From positions 102,053-166,052 of the forward strand of contig CAZPLB010000002.1 of NCBI GenBank assembly GCA_964587425.1: 64,000 nt of DNA, read 5' to 3'. How positions within the stretch are numbered: position 1 is the first letter of the stretch; every line of letters begins with the position of its first letter. The notes below the pieces were generated by a model, which was not told where the DNA came from, ran no database searches, and saw only the letters and a list, made by a program, of their open reading frames with translations. This stretch comes from an uncultured Gammaproteobacteria bacterium. Lineage in GTDB: Bacteria; Patescibacteriota; Microgenomatia; UBA8517. This document shows positions 39,831 to 50,486 of the stretch, piece after piece. Position numbers and translations under genes: made by a program.

Positions 39831-42677
39831 TCAAGAAAAATATTTTCGCCATAATCTTACTCCTACTATAATACAGCTCCCTATTGAAAGAGCCGATATC
39901 ACAAGACCAGCAACATATATGTCTTGTGGTCTGTAATATACTGTCAACTTCTGGCTACCTCGCCCACCAGTAACATACCATCCATTCGCGTAGCCATTAG
40001 AAGAAAAGTGACCTTGAATCTTAAAAATATCGTCAGATACTAGCTGCCAATCTTTAGAAAAATTATCTAAAAAGACAAGGAAGTATCCCTCTCCACCCTT
40101 CTCAACTGTTACTTCGTATTTTACTGGGTTAATGCGCTTGTACTCTAAAGCAGGCACTTTTTCGATTTCCTTTGCTTCCTCGAAAATAAATACCCTTGAG
40201 TCAAAAATTTTAGTAATTCTCACATTTTTAAAATAACTGATGCTCGCCGGATCACTCTCCTTTGGTAGGGTAATCAATATATCGAGTTTTGAAGGAACAT
40301 CTATTGTGTTAACAACAAAACTCTGTGACTCAAAACCACCATTTTTCTTCAAATAGATATTTGAGTTTCCAATAAGATCAGAAGGAGTGTACTGAATCGC
40401 TTCAAAAAGCGGAGGGTTGCCGCTGCCATACTTGTAGTCAAAACTAATAACATAGTCTGAATATGGATCAAAAAAATGATCGCGCATTGAGAAAACTAAA
40501 GCATTTTTCCTTAATGTACTACTTTGGTAATTTAAATTATCACGGAGCAGCAAAGTCTTCACCGGAACACTTACGACAACTATGTGACGTCCTTCATTAA
40601 TCAAAACCTTTTTAAAGATAATTGATTCATCTGTATCTTCAATTGTTGTTTTTATCAACTTACCATCCAAAGTTACACTAATTTCTTCGTCCCCAAACCC
40701 ACCTTTCTCTATTGCTAAATTAAAAATTCCTCTATGTGGCATTTCAAAACTATATCTTTGTGAACTAGATTGAGCCAAACTCTCCTTTTTCGCCTCCAAA
40801 ATTACAGGAAGGTAAGGAGCTCCGTACGAAGCTCGAGCTTTTTCCACCTCCGAATCGTTACTATCTACAACTAAAGTATCTGCTTTTAAAAATTTAGATG
40901 CGCCAGCAAGTGAAACATTTCCAGATAAATTCATGTAAACTCTTTTTGGAATAAAAATCCTGCGTCCAGTCTGTGATAAATCCTTATTAACTATGAAACT
41001 CCATTGCCCAAAATTATTGATTTCAAATCTAGGGTCCTTCCCATCAAAAGTAACAATAGGCACGCTTGTGTCTGCATCGTTTTTAACAAATAACGTATCT
41101 GCCGAAAAGAAGGGTAGCATAGAAAAAGCTGAGTTAAAGTGTCCCTGCCTTAAACTTACGTAAAACTCCTTTAAGTAAGCATCAACAAAACTATTTGAGT
41201 CAACTAAATTTGGTCCAACGAGAGGCACATCGCTAAGTAGTCCAAGTATCGACTCAACTCCTCGATAACCCCATTTAAACTTTTCGATTTCATCATCTGG
41301 ATATGAGATTATCCTATTGTCACTAGCTTTATATCTTTTAGTTAGCCAAGCCTTTGCACTCCAAACATAAGGTGGAAACTTGATATAGAACCCGTCCTTT
41401 CTTGAAGGTCTAAATATTTTTCCGGTTACCAAAGGGTATGTATAAATCAAGTTACCAAAAACAAATAGAACAAATAAAAAAGACAGTAATTTCTTTGGTC
41501 TTACATACTTCAATAAACTATATTCTGAGAGAAGCAATATCAAACCAGCTATTGAAAGGGTTGCAAAAGGTGTAAATATATACCAGGGACTTCTAAAAAA
41601 AGAGAAAAAGGGAACGTGTTTAGCTAAAAAAGTATAGATAAATCCAGTCGGGGTATGAGTCCCAATCCCCAAAACTATTCCCAATACAAAAAGAGTGCCA
41701 AAAAAACGATATAAATTTTTTCTCTCCCTGTTTTGAATAGCAAGCGACAAAATGGCAAGAAGAGGTATTAGTACACTAAAAACAACGAAGGGCAAGTTCC
41801 ATAAATAATTAGCAGCATATGGCAAGTACTCCGGCTCTCGGGTTGAATCTGCAAATACATACCAATCCCAAGCGCCTTGCAATCTCATCACATTAAACGC
41901 ACTTGTCTTTTTAGATAAATCGTCAATCCAATTAACATACCCTATATCAGACAAACTATTAACAGGTTTACTGCCGAAAATTAAAAAGTTAACAGTCGGC
42001 AAAATCCAAAAGATATTTACTAAAAACATAATCAGAAGTAATATACTGCCACGCTTTATTGTTTTAGGATGAAAAAGAAGGTACAAAACAATAACTAATA
42101 TTATTGTAACAAAATATGCAGGATTTATTCCAGAACCTGAGATTAGAACAGAAATGAGGGTGCTAAAGAAAACAAACTTACCAATGGAAATCTTATTTAA
42201 ATTTACATTTATCAAGAGAGCAAGGACTGCTGGCAAACCAACTGCAACAGCAAGATTTGATACCTTTACGTTTTCCCATGTATTAAAAAGGTATGTATTA
42301 AAAACGTACAAAGAAACAAACGTCAATTGAGCTAGTTTATTTTTTGTCAAAACCCGAGCTAAGACAAAACTCGAGATAACTATGGCCGCAAACCAAAAAA
42401 CTAGACTAAAAATTTCTGTAAATTTCAGACCAAGACCGAGAGAAAAAGGTATTACCTGAATTAAATGGAAAAAAATACCTGCAGTAGATGATGAAAAATT
42501 GCTCCCTGCATTAAAAATATCTGTCCAAACGAAAAACCTCCTCAAAAACCACGTAATCGGAGATAATGGAAAATTAGTATCAACTCCATCTATTAAAACG
42601 GCACCTTTCCCTAAAAACCAGGCCAAAGGAGTAACGCACAAAATGAAAATTATTATATAGTTAAAACGTTTCTTCAT
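39831..42677 (-). CDS. large GT-C-like membrane glycosyltransferase (AftD/DUF3367-like)
   Basis: 948 aa. N-terminal GVDTNFPLSPITWFLRRFFVWTDIFNAGSNFSSSTAGIFF resembles the AftD-family start. Polytopic N-half and soluble C-half. Confidence 0.45.
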   Translation of the reverse strand: MKKRFNYIIIFILCVTPLAWFLGKGAVLIDGVDTNFPLSPITWFLRRFFVWTDIFNAGSNFSSSTAGIFFHLIQVIPFSLGLGLKFTEIFSLVFWFAAIVISSFVLARVLTKNKLAQLTFVSLYVFNTYLFNTWENVKVSNLAVAVGLPAVLALLINVNLNKISIGKFVFFSTLISVLISGSGINPAYFVTIILVIVLYLLFHPKTIKRGSILLLIMFLVNIFWILPTVNFLIFGSKPVNSLSDIGYVNWIDDLSKKTSAFNVMRLQGAWDWYVFADSTREPEYLPYAANYLWNLPFVVFSVLIPLLAILSLAIQNRERKNLYRFFGTLFVLGIVLGIGTHTPTGFIYTFLAKHVPFFSFFRSPWYIFTPFATLSIAGLILLLSEYSLLKYVRPKKLLSFLFVLFVFGNLIYTYPLVTGKIFRPSRKDGFYIKFPPYVWSAKAWLTKRYKASDNRIISYPDDEIEKFKWGYRGVESILGLLSDVPLVGPNLVDSNSFVDAYLKEFYVSLRQGHFNSAFSMLPFFSADTLFVKNDADTSVPIVTFDGKDPRFEINNFGQWSFIVNKDLSQTGRRIFIPKRVYMNLSGNVSLAGASKFLKADTLVVDSNDSEVEKARASYGAPYLPVILEAKKESLAQSSSQRYSFEMPHRGIFNLAIEKGGFGDEEISVTLDGKLIKTTIEDTDESIIFKKVLINEGRHIVVVSVPVKTLLLRDNLNYQSSTLRKNALVFSMRDHFFDPYSDYVISFDYKYGSGNPPLFEAIQYTPSDLIGNSNIYLKKNGGFESQSFVVNTIDVPSKLDILITLPKESDPASISYFKNVRITKIFDSRVFIFEEAKEIEKVPALEYKRINPVKYEVTVEKGGEGYFLVFLDNFSKDWQLVSDDIFKIQGHFSSNGYANGWYVTGGRGSQKLTVYYRPQDIYVAGLVISALSIGSCIIVGVRLWRKYFS

Positions 42678-44300
42678 CTATTTTTCCTCTAACTTCAAAC
42701 GAATCTCATCGCTAACATCTTTTATTGCAAACTTCTCTCCATCCCATCGGAATGCAATGACATCGCTTGCTGTAAAATAATGGTTTGAATAATCCGATTT
42801 CATTTTTTCAAAATCGTAATAATATCCAAAACCAAAATCATCAATCTTTCGATAACCTTCTTCTGTAATTTCCCATAGAAAGAAATCTTTATAAAAAGAA
42901 ACAGGAATCTTTTGTCTCTGTGAATAAGTAACCAATAACATATTTCCAACCCCTGATTGAAAAGGCAATATTTCAACCGGCAGATTCCAGTACTTCAGGT
43001 TACTATCTGTATATATCACTGTATTCTTACCCAGAGTAGGATAATTATCGACAACAAACCCCAAAATATTCTTCCTCAACTCCCCCAAATAAACTGCATC
43101 ATTAATTGTCTTCAAGAGGAAAAATGTGTGACCTATAATTAAAAAGGAGAAAATAACCGCAAACAATAGCCTCTTTTTAGTACTCATATACCAAAAAGAA
43201 ATTGCAATCGCAAACATAAAAGTTGTTGGGTATAAAAACCTTGAATCAAGATGGGTATAGAATTTTCTAACTAGAAGTGCCGGAATAGTAGAAAGAATTA
43301 TTCCCATAATTGCCAGCGCAAAATATTTAGATTTCTTGCTTTTTATATAAACCCAAATAGATGCCAAGAGTACTGATAAACCCAATGTAAAAGTCAATAA
43401 ATCATAAGCAATTATTTCCAAAAATTGCCACGGTTTGGCGAAATGAAATGAAAAATCTGGATGATTATTAGCAAATGATCTAGATAAACTAATTAAAAGA
43501 TCGTTTGGCAGAAGATCCTGGGCAAAAACTTTAACAGGGGCAGTCAAAAAATTATAGATAATAGTATGGACAAAACTATCTTTTGACACATTAATAGCTG
43601 AAGACATACCGACAACCGATGTCCCAGATGAAAAATCAGTCAACCTAAGTAATCCATACACTACAAAAACAAAGACTGCTAGAATAACCTCCTTTTTGGG
43701 AAAATTTTTAATTTTATTTGAATAAAAATAGAAAACAAAAAGAGGAATAAAAAAGATTATTGTCTCCTTAAAAAGTAGGCCGATTACAAAGCTTGTTAGG
43801 CTAACCACAAAAAATCTGAAACTTCTCTTTTCAAAGTAGTATGTTAAGAAAATAAAAGAAATAATTCCAAAAAAGAGAGACCATTGTGTTCCCTCAAACG
43901 TTCCAATCCAGGTGACAGCCTGATGATGGCTGCTATTAACAACAAAAAATAAAGCACCTAAAAAAGAGGCAAACCTATTTTTTGATAAACGATAAATCAA
44001 AAAATATACTGCAAGGCTATTAAATATATGACCCGCCATACTGGCCATAAAATATGGCGCTGTGGTTAACCCCCAATGCCTATAAATATTAAATTTAAAA
44101 AGAAGAGAAAGTGGAGTAAAGTGTGTTACTGACCCGCCTGAGAATACATTTCTCCAAAAATCATGAGAGGAAAGAGACAAAAGGTAATTATAAAAACTAA
44201 AGGTATGCCATTCATCCTGTTCAAAAAAACTTCCCGGCAATCTCCAATATAAGATTAAAACAACAACAACTAGTAAAAGTATTGGTATAATTTTTTTCAT
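42678..44300 (-). CDS. polytopic membrane protein, putative GT-C glycosyltransferase
   Basis: 540 aa. An acidic first loop (FFEQDEWH) follows TM1. Start is 1 nt after the stop of the upstream gene. Confidence 0.45.
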   Translation of the reverse strand: MKKIIPILLLVVVVLILYWRLPGSFFEQDEWHTFSFYNYLLSLSSHDFWRNVFSGGSVTHFTPLSLLFKFNIYRHWGLTTAPYFMASMAGHIFNSLAVYFLIYRLSKNRFASFLGALFFVVNSSHHQAVTWIGTFEGTQWSLFFGIISFIFLTYYFEKRSFRFFVVSLTSFVIGLLFKETIIFFIPLFVFYFYSNKIKNFPKKEVILAVFVFVVYGLLRLTDFSSGTSVVGMSSAINVSKDSFVHTIIYNFLTAPVKVFAQDLLPNDLLISLSRSFANNHPDFSFHFAKPWQFLEIIAYDLLTFTLGLSVLLASIWVYIKSKKSKYFALAIMGIILSTIPALLVRKFYTHLDSRFLYPTTFMFAIAISFWYMSTKKRLLFAVIFSFLIIGHTFFLLKTINDAVYLGELRKNILGFVVDNYPTLGKNTVIYTDSNLKYWNLPVEILPFQSGVGNMLLVTYSQRQKIPVSFYKDFFLWEITEEGYRKIDDFGFGYYYDFEKMKSDYSNHYFTASDVIAFRWDGEKFAIKDVSDEIRLKLEEK

Positions 44301-45001
44301 ATTTTTTGAGCTACTGCAATAATATACGAAGAGTGTTTTTTATCTATCAAGTTTAATAATTTAGAAATGGGGGTAGGTATTGGATAAAAACCAGTTCCAC
44401 GGCTTTCAATAACACGAAATCCATACGCTTTAAGCAGTCTCTCTAAAGAAAGCGCTGTCATAACATTTAGATGAGGGTTCATCGGAATTTTATCTTTGAA
44501 AAATTTTCCATTTGGTCTTGGGCTTATAGCATAAAACCTAGAAAGATACGGACCAGTGTATGGTTGGTTCCCCAAGAAAAGCGCCAATATATTGTGCCAT
44601 GCAGCCAAATTTTCCGTTGATATTATTATCTTTCCCTTTTTAACTAACACTCTCTTTGCTTCTGAGAAAAAGTTATCCAAATCAACTAAGTGTTCGACCA
44701 CCTCAGTCGCAGTAATTATATCTACCTGATTACTCCCCACCTTCCATTTCCCATTTAAATCAAATTGCAAAACTTTCAAACCATTTTTCTTAGCTAATTT
44801 TGCTCTCTGACCAACACTCTCTACTCCCAGAACCTTTTCTGTGCCTATTCTTTCTGCTCGAAGAACAGTTTTTTCTCCGCTATCGCACCCGCAATCTACA
44901 TATCTAAGATTCCCTCTTGGCAGAAAATCAAAAACAGCACTCTCTATCTCCTTCCCCGCAACATCCCCTAAAAATTTTATGTATCTTGGTAATAAACTCA
45001 T
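44297..45001 (-). CDS. class I SAM-dependent methyltransferase
   Basis: RYVDCGCDSGEKT, QVDIITATEVVEHL, KKGKIII. Confidence 0.65.
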   Translation of the reverse strand: MSLLPRYIKFLGDVAGKEIESAVFDFLPRGNLRYVDCGCDSGEKTVLRAERIGTEKVLGVESVGQRAKLAKKNGLKVLQFDLNGKWKVGSNQVDIITATEVVEHLVDLDNFFSEAKRVLVKKGKIIISTENLAAWHNILALFLGNQPYTGPYLSRFYAISPRPNGKFFKDKIPMNPHLNVMTALSLERLLKAYGFRVIESRGTGFYPIPTPISKLLNLIDKKHSSYIIAVAQKI

Positions 45002-45969
45002 TTTTCAATAATTCGTCTTATAAAAACAATTGTATATGTCCCAACCGACAAAAATGCCATCAAAGGGTGAAGTAGCCAGGCTTTTTCTCGGGTCTTACTA
45101 AAATTGTACACACCCTCAATTGCAGGACCAATAAAGGTCAAACAATAGAGATAAGAAAAAAGCATTCTCTGTTTCGACACTCCTTCAAGCCAAGTTTTAC
45201 GTTTTTCATCTTTTCTATTCAAAAACTTATTTCCAATCTTTAATCTTTTTCCAACAAAGTCCCAGATAGATTCAATATGATAGTGATATATTCCATAACC
45301 TTCTACTCTTGCAAATCTATTGTAGCCCTCTTGCAATATATAATAAGAAAAATTGGATTCCTCAAATTTTGGTTTATACATTCCAACTTTCTTAATTATT
45401 TTTTTGTTCCACAAAAAACCATTTGCTCCAAGCGGGTAAGCGCTTTTTCCAGGAATCGTATATTCGATATATCCATTCTTTTTTTTTCTTTTTAGACTTG
45501 CAGCTATGGCGCGAGAAAACGGATCAGCAATGTGTGCGAGCATGCTGTACTTATTGAAAATGTTATCGTTTTTAGATGGAAAATAGAAAGACTCAACTCC
45601 AAATAGTGTCGAATCACTAACCAAGGGCTTAACCATTTTAAGAAGCCAATCCTTTTTGATAATCTCATTATCTGAATCCATCAATACAACAATGTCTCCC
45701 TTTGACCTTTGTATTCCCAAAGATTTTCCACTTTCCTGATCTACAAATTTATTTTTAATTATTTTTGCACGATATTTTTTTGCAATCTTGAATGTGTCAT
45801 CTGTAGACCCTCCGTCGGGAAGGATTATTTCATATTTATTTTTCGGATACTGCTGGCGTCTTATGCTACCAAGACATAATTCCAAATACTTCTGGGCATT
45901 GAGTGTGGGAACAATAAAAGTTACAAAAGGTTGATTCTTAATTTTGCGCATAGGTTTAAGGTCATTCAA
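44998..45969 (-). CDS. GT2 glycosyltransferase
   Basis: FVTFIVPTLNAQKYLELCLGSI, LPDGGSTDDT, LMDSDNEI. Confidence 0.75.
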   Translation of the reverse strand: MNDLKPMRKIKNQPFVTFIVPTLNAQKYLELCLGSIRRQQYPKNKYEIILPDGGSTDDTFKIAKKYRAKIIKNKFVDQESGKSLGIQRSKGDIVVLMDSDNEIIKKDWLLKMVKPLVSDSTLFGVESFYFPSKNDNIFNKYSMLAHIADPFSRAIAASLKRKKKNGYIEYTIPGKSAYPLGANGFLWNKKIIKKVGMYKPKFEESNFSYYILQEGYNRFARVEGYGIYHYHIESIWDFVGKRLKIGNKFLNRKDEKRKTWLEGVSKQRMLFSYLYCLTFIGPAIEGVYNFSKTREKAWLLHPLMAFLSVGTYTIVFIRRIIEK

Positions 45970-46004
45970 ATTAACGGGTCAATTCTAACATTTATGACAT
46001 CAAC

Positions 46005-48407
46005 TTAATATATATTAATATTGCCGGGTATTTGAACCCCTTTCAGTTTTATCTTTGTAATATTAGTTCCACCTGCAGGGACTATAACTTTATAATTCCT
46101 GATAATGTTGTCATACACTAAATCAATTTTTGCGTCATTCTCAGTTTGCCATGCATCATGTTTATTACTCCACCAATAAACCTGTATTTTGCCAACTCTT
46201 CCAATACCATTAATAATGTTCATATACGAGTCGAGTCCGCCAACCTCCAGAAATGGCCAATTCAGAAATCGCTCTGCATCATTAATTTTAATTCCGGCGT
46301 AAATAGACTGAATAACCCACAGTTCACCAATAGTGGGAGAATCATTATTGAATGTTTTTTCAAAAGTTAGCCGCAAGAACTTTGTATTCATGCTGGGAAA
46401 AGAAATCTCTTGGACAACATCGCGATTAACCTTACTGCTAATTGTATAATTTTCAACTAATTTCCATTTCACTCCATCCTCTGAATTCTCAAGAAAAAAC
46501 TTTGTCGGTGTATGGTCTGGAAATCCATTAACCCATGCAATCCTGTTAACAACCTCTTTCTTTGCCATTTCTATTGTTATAGTCTCTGGTTTCTTAATCC
46601 AGAGAAGTCTATCTCCTTGCCATATTGTTTCTGGATCGCCGTCAATTAAATTACCAACAATTCTGTCCTGCCACTCGCTTCCTACACTGAATTTTGTTGT
46701 CTTTCTAAATGTGTCCTTTGCTTTTTTATATTCAAAAACCAAATTGTTAAGTACTATATTTCCACCAACTCGGCTAGCTATGGTTAGATAGTCATGAGAT
46801 AAAAGTGGGAAATCAGCTTTCGTAAATCTATATATTGTCGCAGAAAGTCTGAAATTAAATTCGACCGGAGAAACACTTACAACAGGATTCTTTAAGGGAA
46901 TCTCCAGTTCCGGTGCACTCCACACAGTACCTGAATTTTCGTGCGACATTTGTAGCCGAGAAGCCATTGGCGAAGAAACAAAAACATCAAGCTGTGAACC
47001 AGACTCTGTAAAAAGTTTTCTCGTATCCACAAGTTCTCCTTTCTTGTAAAAAAAAGTATAAAGATTACCATTTTTCCACTTATCATCTGACCTTGCCTCA
47101 ATTAAACATTTATAATCGCTGCACATCTTTATTTCATATCTATCAACACCATATCTCCATGCAATAGCCGTCTCCTCTGGCATCTGGGCAACCGAAAAAG
47201 CATCATCAAAATGACTTCTGGAATCCTCAGCCAAATCAAAATAAAAGATATCTCCCTTTTTAACATTTGGCACATCTTTCTTAAGCTGTTCATAAAAAGA
47301 GATCACTGGCTCACTTCTACTTTTAACTATCCTATTCAGATATAAAAATCCAAAAATCAAATTTCCAACACCCCAGAGGATTATTAGAACTTTCAATACT
47401 CGGTTTCTATATGTGCTAAACAGAAAACCAAATAGTAAAACAATAGGAAGAAATGAGTGAGCAAGATACCTATGATCTGTTGCATGAATAAAATCAGGGT
47501 TATATGCTGAATATGAAAAAATATTTACCAAAATCCATAAAAGCAGAAAAAATACCATCCGTCTTCTTATCAAAAACAACACTATGACAATTATTAAAAC
47601 CGCAGCAATAAGAAAATTTCCATTCATCTTTAACCAATCTGGAAAGAAAACATTGCCTGTACTAATTAAAAATCCTTTCATAGCACTAATATTTCCCTTA
47701 AGTATTTCCTTTACAAGAAAAAGTATTCCATTACTCCTTGGATCTGCCGGCAGAAGAAAGTGTTGGTAAAATAAAAGTAAAAATGGTAAAAGTCTTAGGA
47801 TAGAATATAAAATCTTTCTTGGCGAGAAAAGAAAAATGACCTCAAACAAGAATGGAACAAAAACTAAGTAAGCAGTTCGCGACATCACAAACTCAATAGA
47901 CAAAAAATAAAAGGCTAAAGCCAAAAAGTAGAATATTAATTTTTTCTTTTTGTAAAATTTCCAATAAAAATAAAAAAGAAACGAAGCCAAGATTATACTA
48001 ATACTTGTTGGAACACTATTATAGAGTCTTACAAATCCATCAGCAGCAATGTAGCCACAAGCAAAAAGAAACGAAGCAACTTTCGCAGCCCTGCTTCCTA
48101 TGACATAACTTGAAACTTTGTAAATAGATACTGTCGCTAAAAAATAAAAAAAGATTGCGTATGAAAAATAGGCAACTGTATTAAATTTGAAAAGAAGATA
48201 AATTGGGTAATAATAAAAAGCTATATATTTATAAATGTACTCTCCAAATAAGCCTCTACCCAAATACCCAGCCTGCTCTTGAATATGGGCAAGTTTGAAA
48301 AATAAAGCATTATCATCCTGCCACACATACATCTTTGTAAGCTGTCCATATGAAATTAATACTATTAAAAGTAAAAATATCCAATATCTTTTAAATATTG
48401 TCTTCAT
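46005..48407 (-). CDS. polytopic membrane protein (GT-C-like) with a C-terminal F5/8 type C (discoidin) carbohydrate-binding domain
   Basis: 800 aa. N-terminal about 430 aa are multi-TM. The C-terminus contains VGNLIDGDPETIWQGDRLLW and a jelly-roll-like segment typical of discoidin domains. Confidence 0.5.
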   Translation of the reverse strand: MKTIFKRYWIFLLLIVLISYGQLTKMYVWQDDNALFFKLAHIQEQAGYLGRGLFGEYIYKYIAFYYYPIYLLFKFNTVAYFSYAIFFYFLATVSIYKVSSYVIGSRAAKVASFLFACGYIAADGFVRLYNSVPTSISIILASFLFYFYWKFYKKKKLIFYFLALAFYFLSIEFVMSRTAYLVFVPFLFEVIFLFSPRKILYSILRLLPFLLLFYQHFLLPADPRSNGILFLVKEILKGNISAMKGFLISTGNVFFPDWLKMNGNFLIAAVLIIVIVLFLIRRRMVFFLLLWILVNIFSYSAYNPDFIHATDHRYLAHSFLPIVLLFGFLFSTYRNRVLKVLIILWGVGNLIFGFLYLNRIVKSRSEPVISFYEQLKKDVPNVKKGDIFYFDLAEDSRSHFDDAFSVAQMPEETAIAWRYGVDRYEIKMCSDYKCLIEARSDDKWKNGNLYTFFYKKGELVDTRKLFTESGSQLDVFVSSPMASRLQMSHENSGTVWSAPELEIPLKNPVVSVSPVEFNFRLSATIYRFTKADFPLLSHDYLTIASRVGGNIVLNNLVFEYKKAKDTFRKTTKFSVGSEWQDRIVGNLIDGDPETIWQGDRLLWIKKPETITIEMAKKEVVNRIAWVNGFPDHTPTKFFLENSEDGVKWKLVENYTISSKVNRDVVQEISFPSMNTKFLRLTFEKTFNNDSPTIGELWVIQSIYAGIKINDAERFLNWPFLEVGGLDSYMNIINGIGRVGKIQVYWWSNKHDAWQTENDAKIDLVYDNIIRNYKVIVPAGGTNITKIKLKGVQIPGNINIY

Positions 48408-50485
48408 AAATTGCCATGACTATGAGGAAAAAGATTATCATCCTCTATTTTCACTTTGTTCACTTTAAAGCCTTCCAAATCTTCTTTTACTTCAACCTTC
48501 TTTAAAAGAACATCTTCAATATATGGTGTTCCAGTGGGCAAGCTATAAACCTCAAAACCCATATCCATGTATTTTGCTCCAGCTGGAACTTTTCCTATTA
48601 AATTTGAATTTATCAGTTTATCGCTTTCAGTAAATCTCGAGGAAACTCTTACCCATGAATATTCACCTTGATTATATTTCTCCTTACTTTCGTAGAATCT
48701 AAGAACCAAATATCCATCTCTATAGTCTTTTTTAGCGCTATCAAGTCTTGCCTTATATGTAACCTCAAAACCTTGCCATTCGTGAACATCGAATAACTTC
48801 GATCTATCTCCTAAATTTAAAGAGTCAATTTGATATTTTTCCTCTTCCTTTGAAACTACATAATATGGAACTTTTGAAACGATAAAATCCTGATCTGGAG
48901 CAAGGGCATCGTTAAACACACTGTATAATCCAAAATCAGCAACCTCATACACAGAAAGAGCAGCAAACATATTTTTCATCAGTTTTGTTGGCTTTCCATC
49001 AAACCGAAGAAATTCCTTGTAGTTGCTTTGCATCCACCAATAATAATCGATTGTTGCCCAATCAAAACTCACTATGGCATATTTTGCATGTTTTTGCCTT
49101 AATTCATCCATAGAAAAATTGTTAACCAAATCATAGTCGACCCGAACCAAATTATCAGGAACTGGCACAGAAGAGTGAGCAGCAACAGTAGTTCCAACTG
49201 GAATATTTTGAATAATCCATTTTTCAACTACATCACGATTCCAAGGTTTTAAATACTCGCGGACAACCGTTGCAGAACGGGTAAAGTTCTCAAAAATTGC
49301 AAGGAAAATAATAACAAAACAAAAAACTTTAATTATTCTACTTTTGACTTTTAGGAGATAACTAAAAAAACCTCCTGCCAAAACTAATATGCTTGGAATA
49401 ATAGATACAAAATTCCTGGTATAAAACCCACCCTTTGTATAAAAGGTAAAAAAGAAAAAGAAACTAATAATTGGAAATAGCCAGAAAAAAGCTTTCTTGA
49501 AGTTTTTCTTTAGTAACACAGCTGTACTAATGACAAAAAGAAGTATTGTCCACACACCCAAACCAAAATTCACAAGGTACCAGTATGGGTAAAGAGTCAG
49601 TTCCCAACTCCCCACACCGTAAAGTTTTCCTGCATACGATATATCATCTATCATTTTTTCCAAATCAATTAATTGATACGGGTTCGTTATCAAAAAAACC
49701 AAAATAGCCAAAATAGGGATCAAGAAAATTTTTAAATCAAAAAGTGATTTTAAAAAATGAGTGGTCTTTCTCTTTTCAAAAGCAATATAAATGTGAACAA
49801 CTATAAAAGGTAAAAAGCCAAAAATCTGATATTTGGTTGCCAAACAAAGCCCAGCAGCAATACCTCCCAAAATATAATATGAAATTCTTCTTTTCTCATA
49901 TAGTTTCCATGCCATTAGTGATGAAAGAAGCAGAAAAAAAGCATTATATATATCTGGAAGTCCAAAATGGCTATTTAAAACCTGTCTATAGTTGACCGCA
50001 ATAAGGAGAGATGAAAGAATACCGCTCCACTTACCAAACATTTTAGCTGAAATGAAATATGAAACTATAACAACGCAAACACCAAAAAAAGCAGTTACAT
50101 ATCGTCCCCAAAAAAGAACATTTCGATCCTGAGATCCCAATATCTCCAACTGAAAAATCCTATTATATTCATCCTTTCCAAGTGGAAACTTGATAAATCC
50201 ATCAACAATCTTACCCAGATTATGGGCAAAAAAATTTAACCACCCCAACGGAATAAATAAAGTTTTATATATTACCAAATTAACAAGATGAGGCATTGAT
50301 GGATATTCATATCTTTGGAGCCTTATATTTCCATTTTTAATCATCAAAACTACAGTCGTATAAATATTCGCCTCATCACTATGAAATCTATGAAATCCAG
50401 GGTAGGTTCCGGCAAAACGAAGAGTACACGCCACAATAATAACTAAAACGAAACAAACCTTAACAAAACTTATTTTCCTAAGCAC
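48404..50485 (-). CDS. GT-C fold membrane glycosyltransferase (ArnT/PMT-like)
   Basis: RFHSDEANIYTTVV first-loop motif. 693 aa with many TM helices and a C-terminal soluble domain. Confidence 0.6.
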   Translation of the reverse strand: MLRKISFVKVCFVLVIIVACTLRFAGTYPGFHRFHSDEANIYTTVVLMIKNGNIRLQRYEYPSMPHLVNLVIYKTLFIPLGWLNFFAHNLGKIVDGFIKFPLGKDEYNRIFQLEILGSQDRNVLFWGRYVTAFFGVCVVIVSYFISAKMFGKWSGILSSLLIAVNYRQVLNSHFGLPDIYNAFFLLLSSLMAWKLYEKRRISYYILGGIAAGLCLATKYQIFGFLPFIVVHIYIAFEKRKTTHFLKSLFDLKIFLIPILAILVFLITNPYQLIDLEKMIDDISYAGKLYGVGSWELTLYPYWYLVNFGLGVWTILLFVISTAVLLKKNFKKAFFWLFPIISFFFFFTFYTKGGFYTRNFVSIIPSILVLAGGFFSYLLKVKSRIIKVFCFVIIFLAIFENFTRSATVVREYLKPWNRDVVEKWIIQNIPVGTTVAAHSSVPVPDNLVRVDYDLVNNFSMDELRQKHAKYAIVSFDWATIDYYWWMQSNYKEFLRFDGKPTKLMKNMFAALSVYEVADFGLYSVFNDALAPDQDFIVSKVPYYVVSKEEEKYQIDSLNLGDRSKLFDVHEWQGFEVTYKARLDSAKKDYRDGYLVLRFYESKEKYNQGEYSWVRVSSRFTESDKLINSNLIGKVPAGAKYMDMGFEVYSLPTGTPYIEDVLLKKVEVKEDLEGFKVNKVKIEDDNLFPHSHGNL

Positions 50486-50486
50486 A

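Noticed and set aside
39831-42677. Oligosaccharyltransferase (STT3/AglB/PglB) identity for the 948-aa membrane protein
   Set aside because: The only candidate segment is GAWDWY, which is not the WWDYG motif and lies inside the TM-rich region rather than in the soluble C-domain. An AftD/DUF3367-like assignment fits better.
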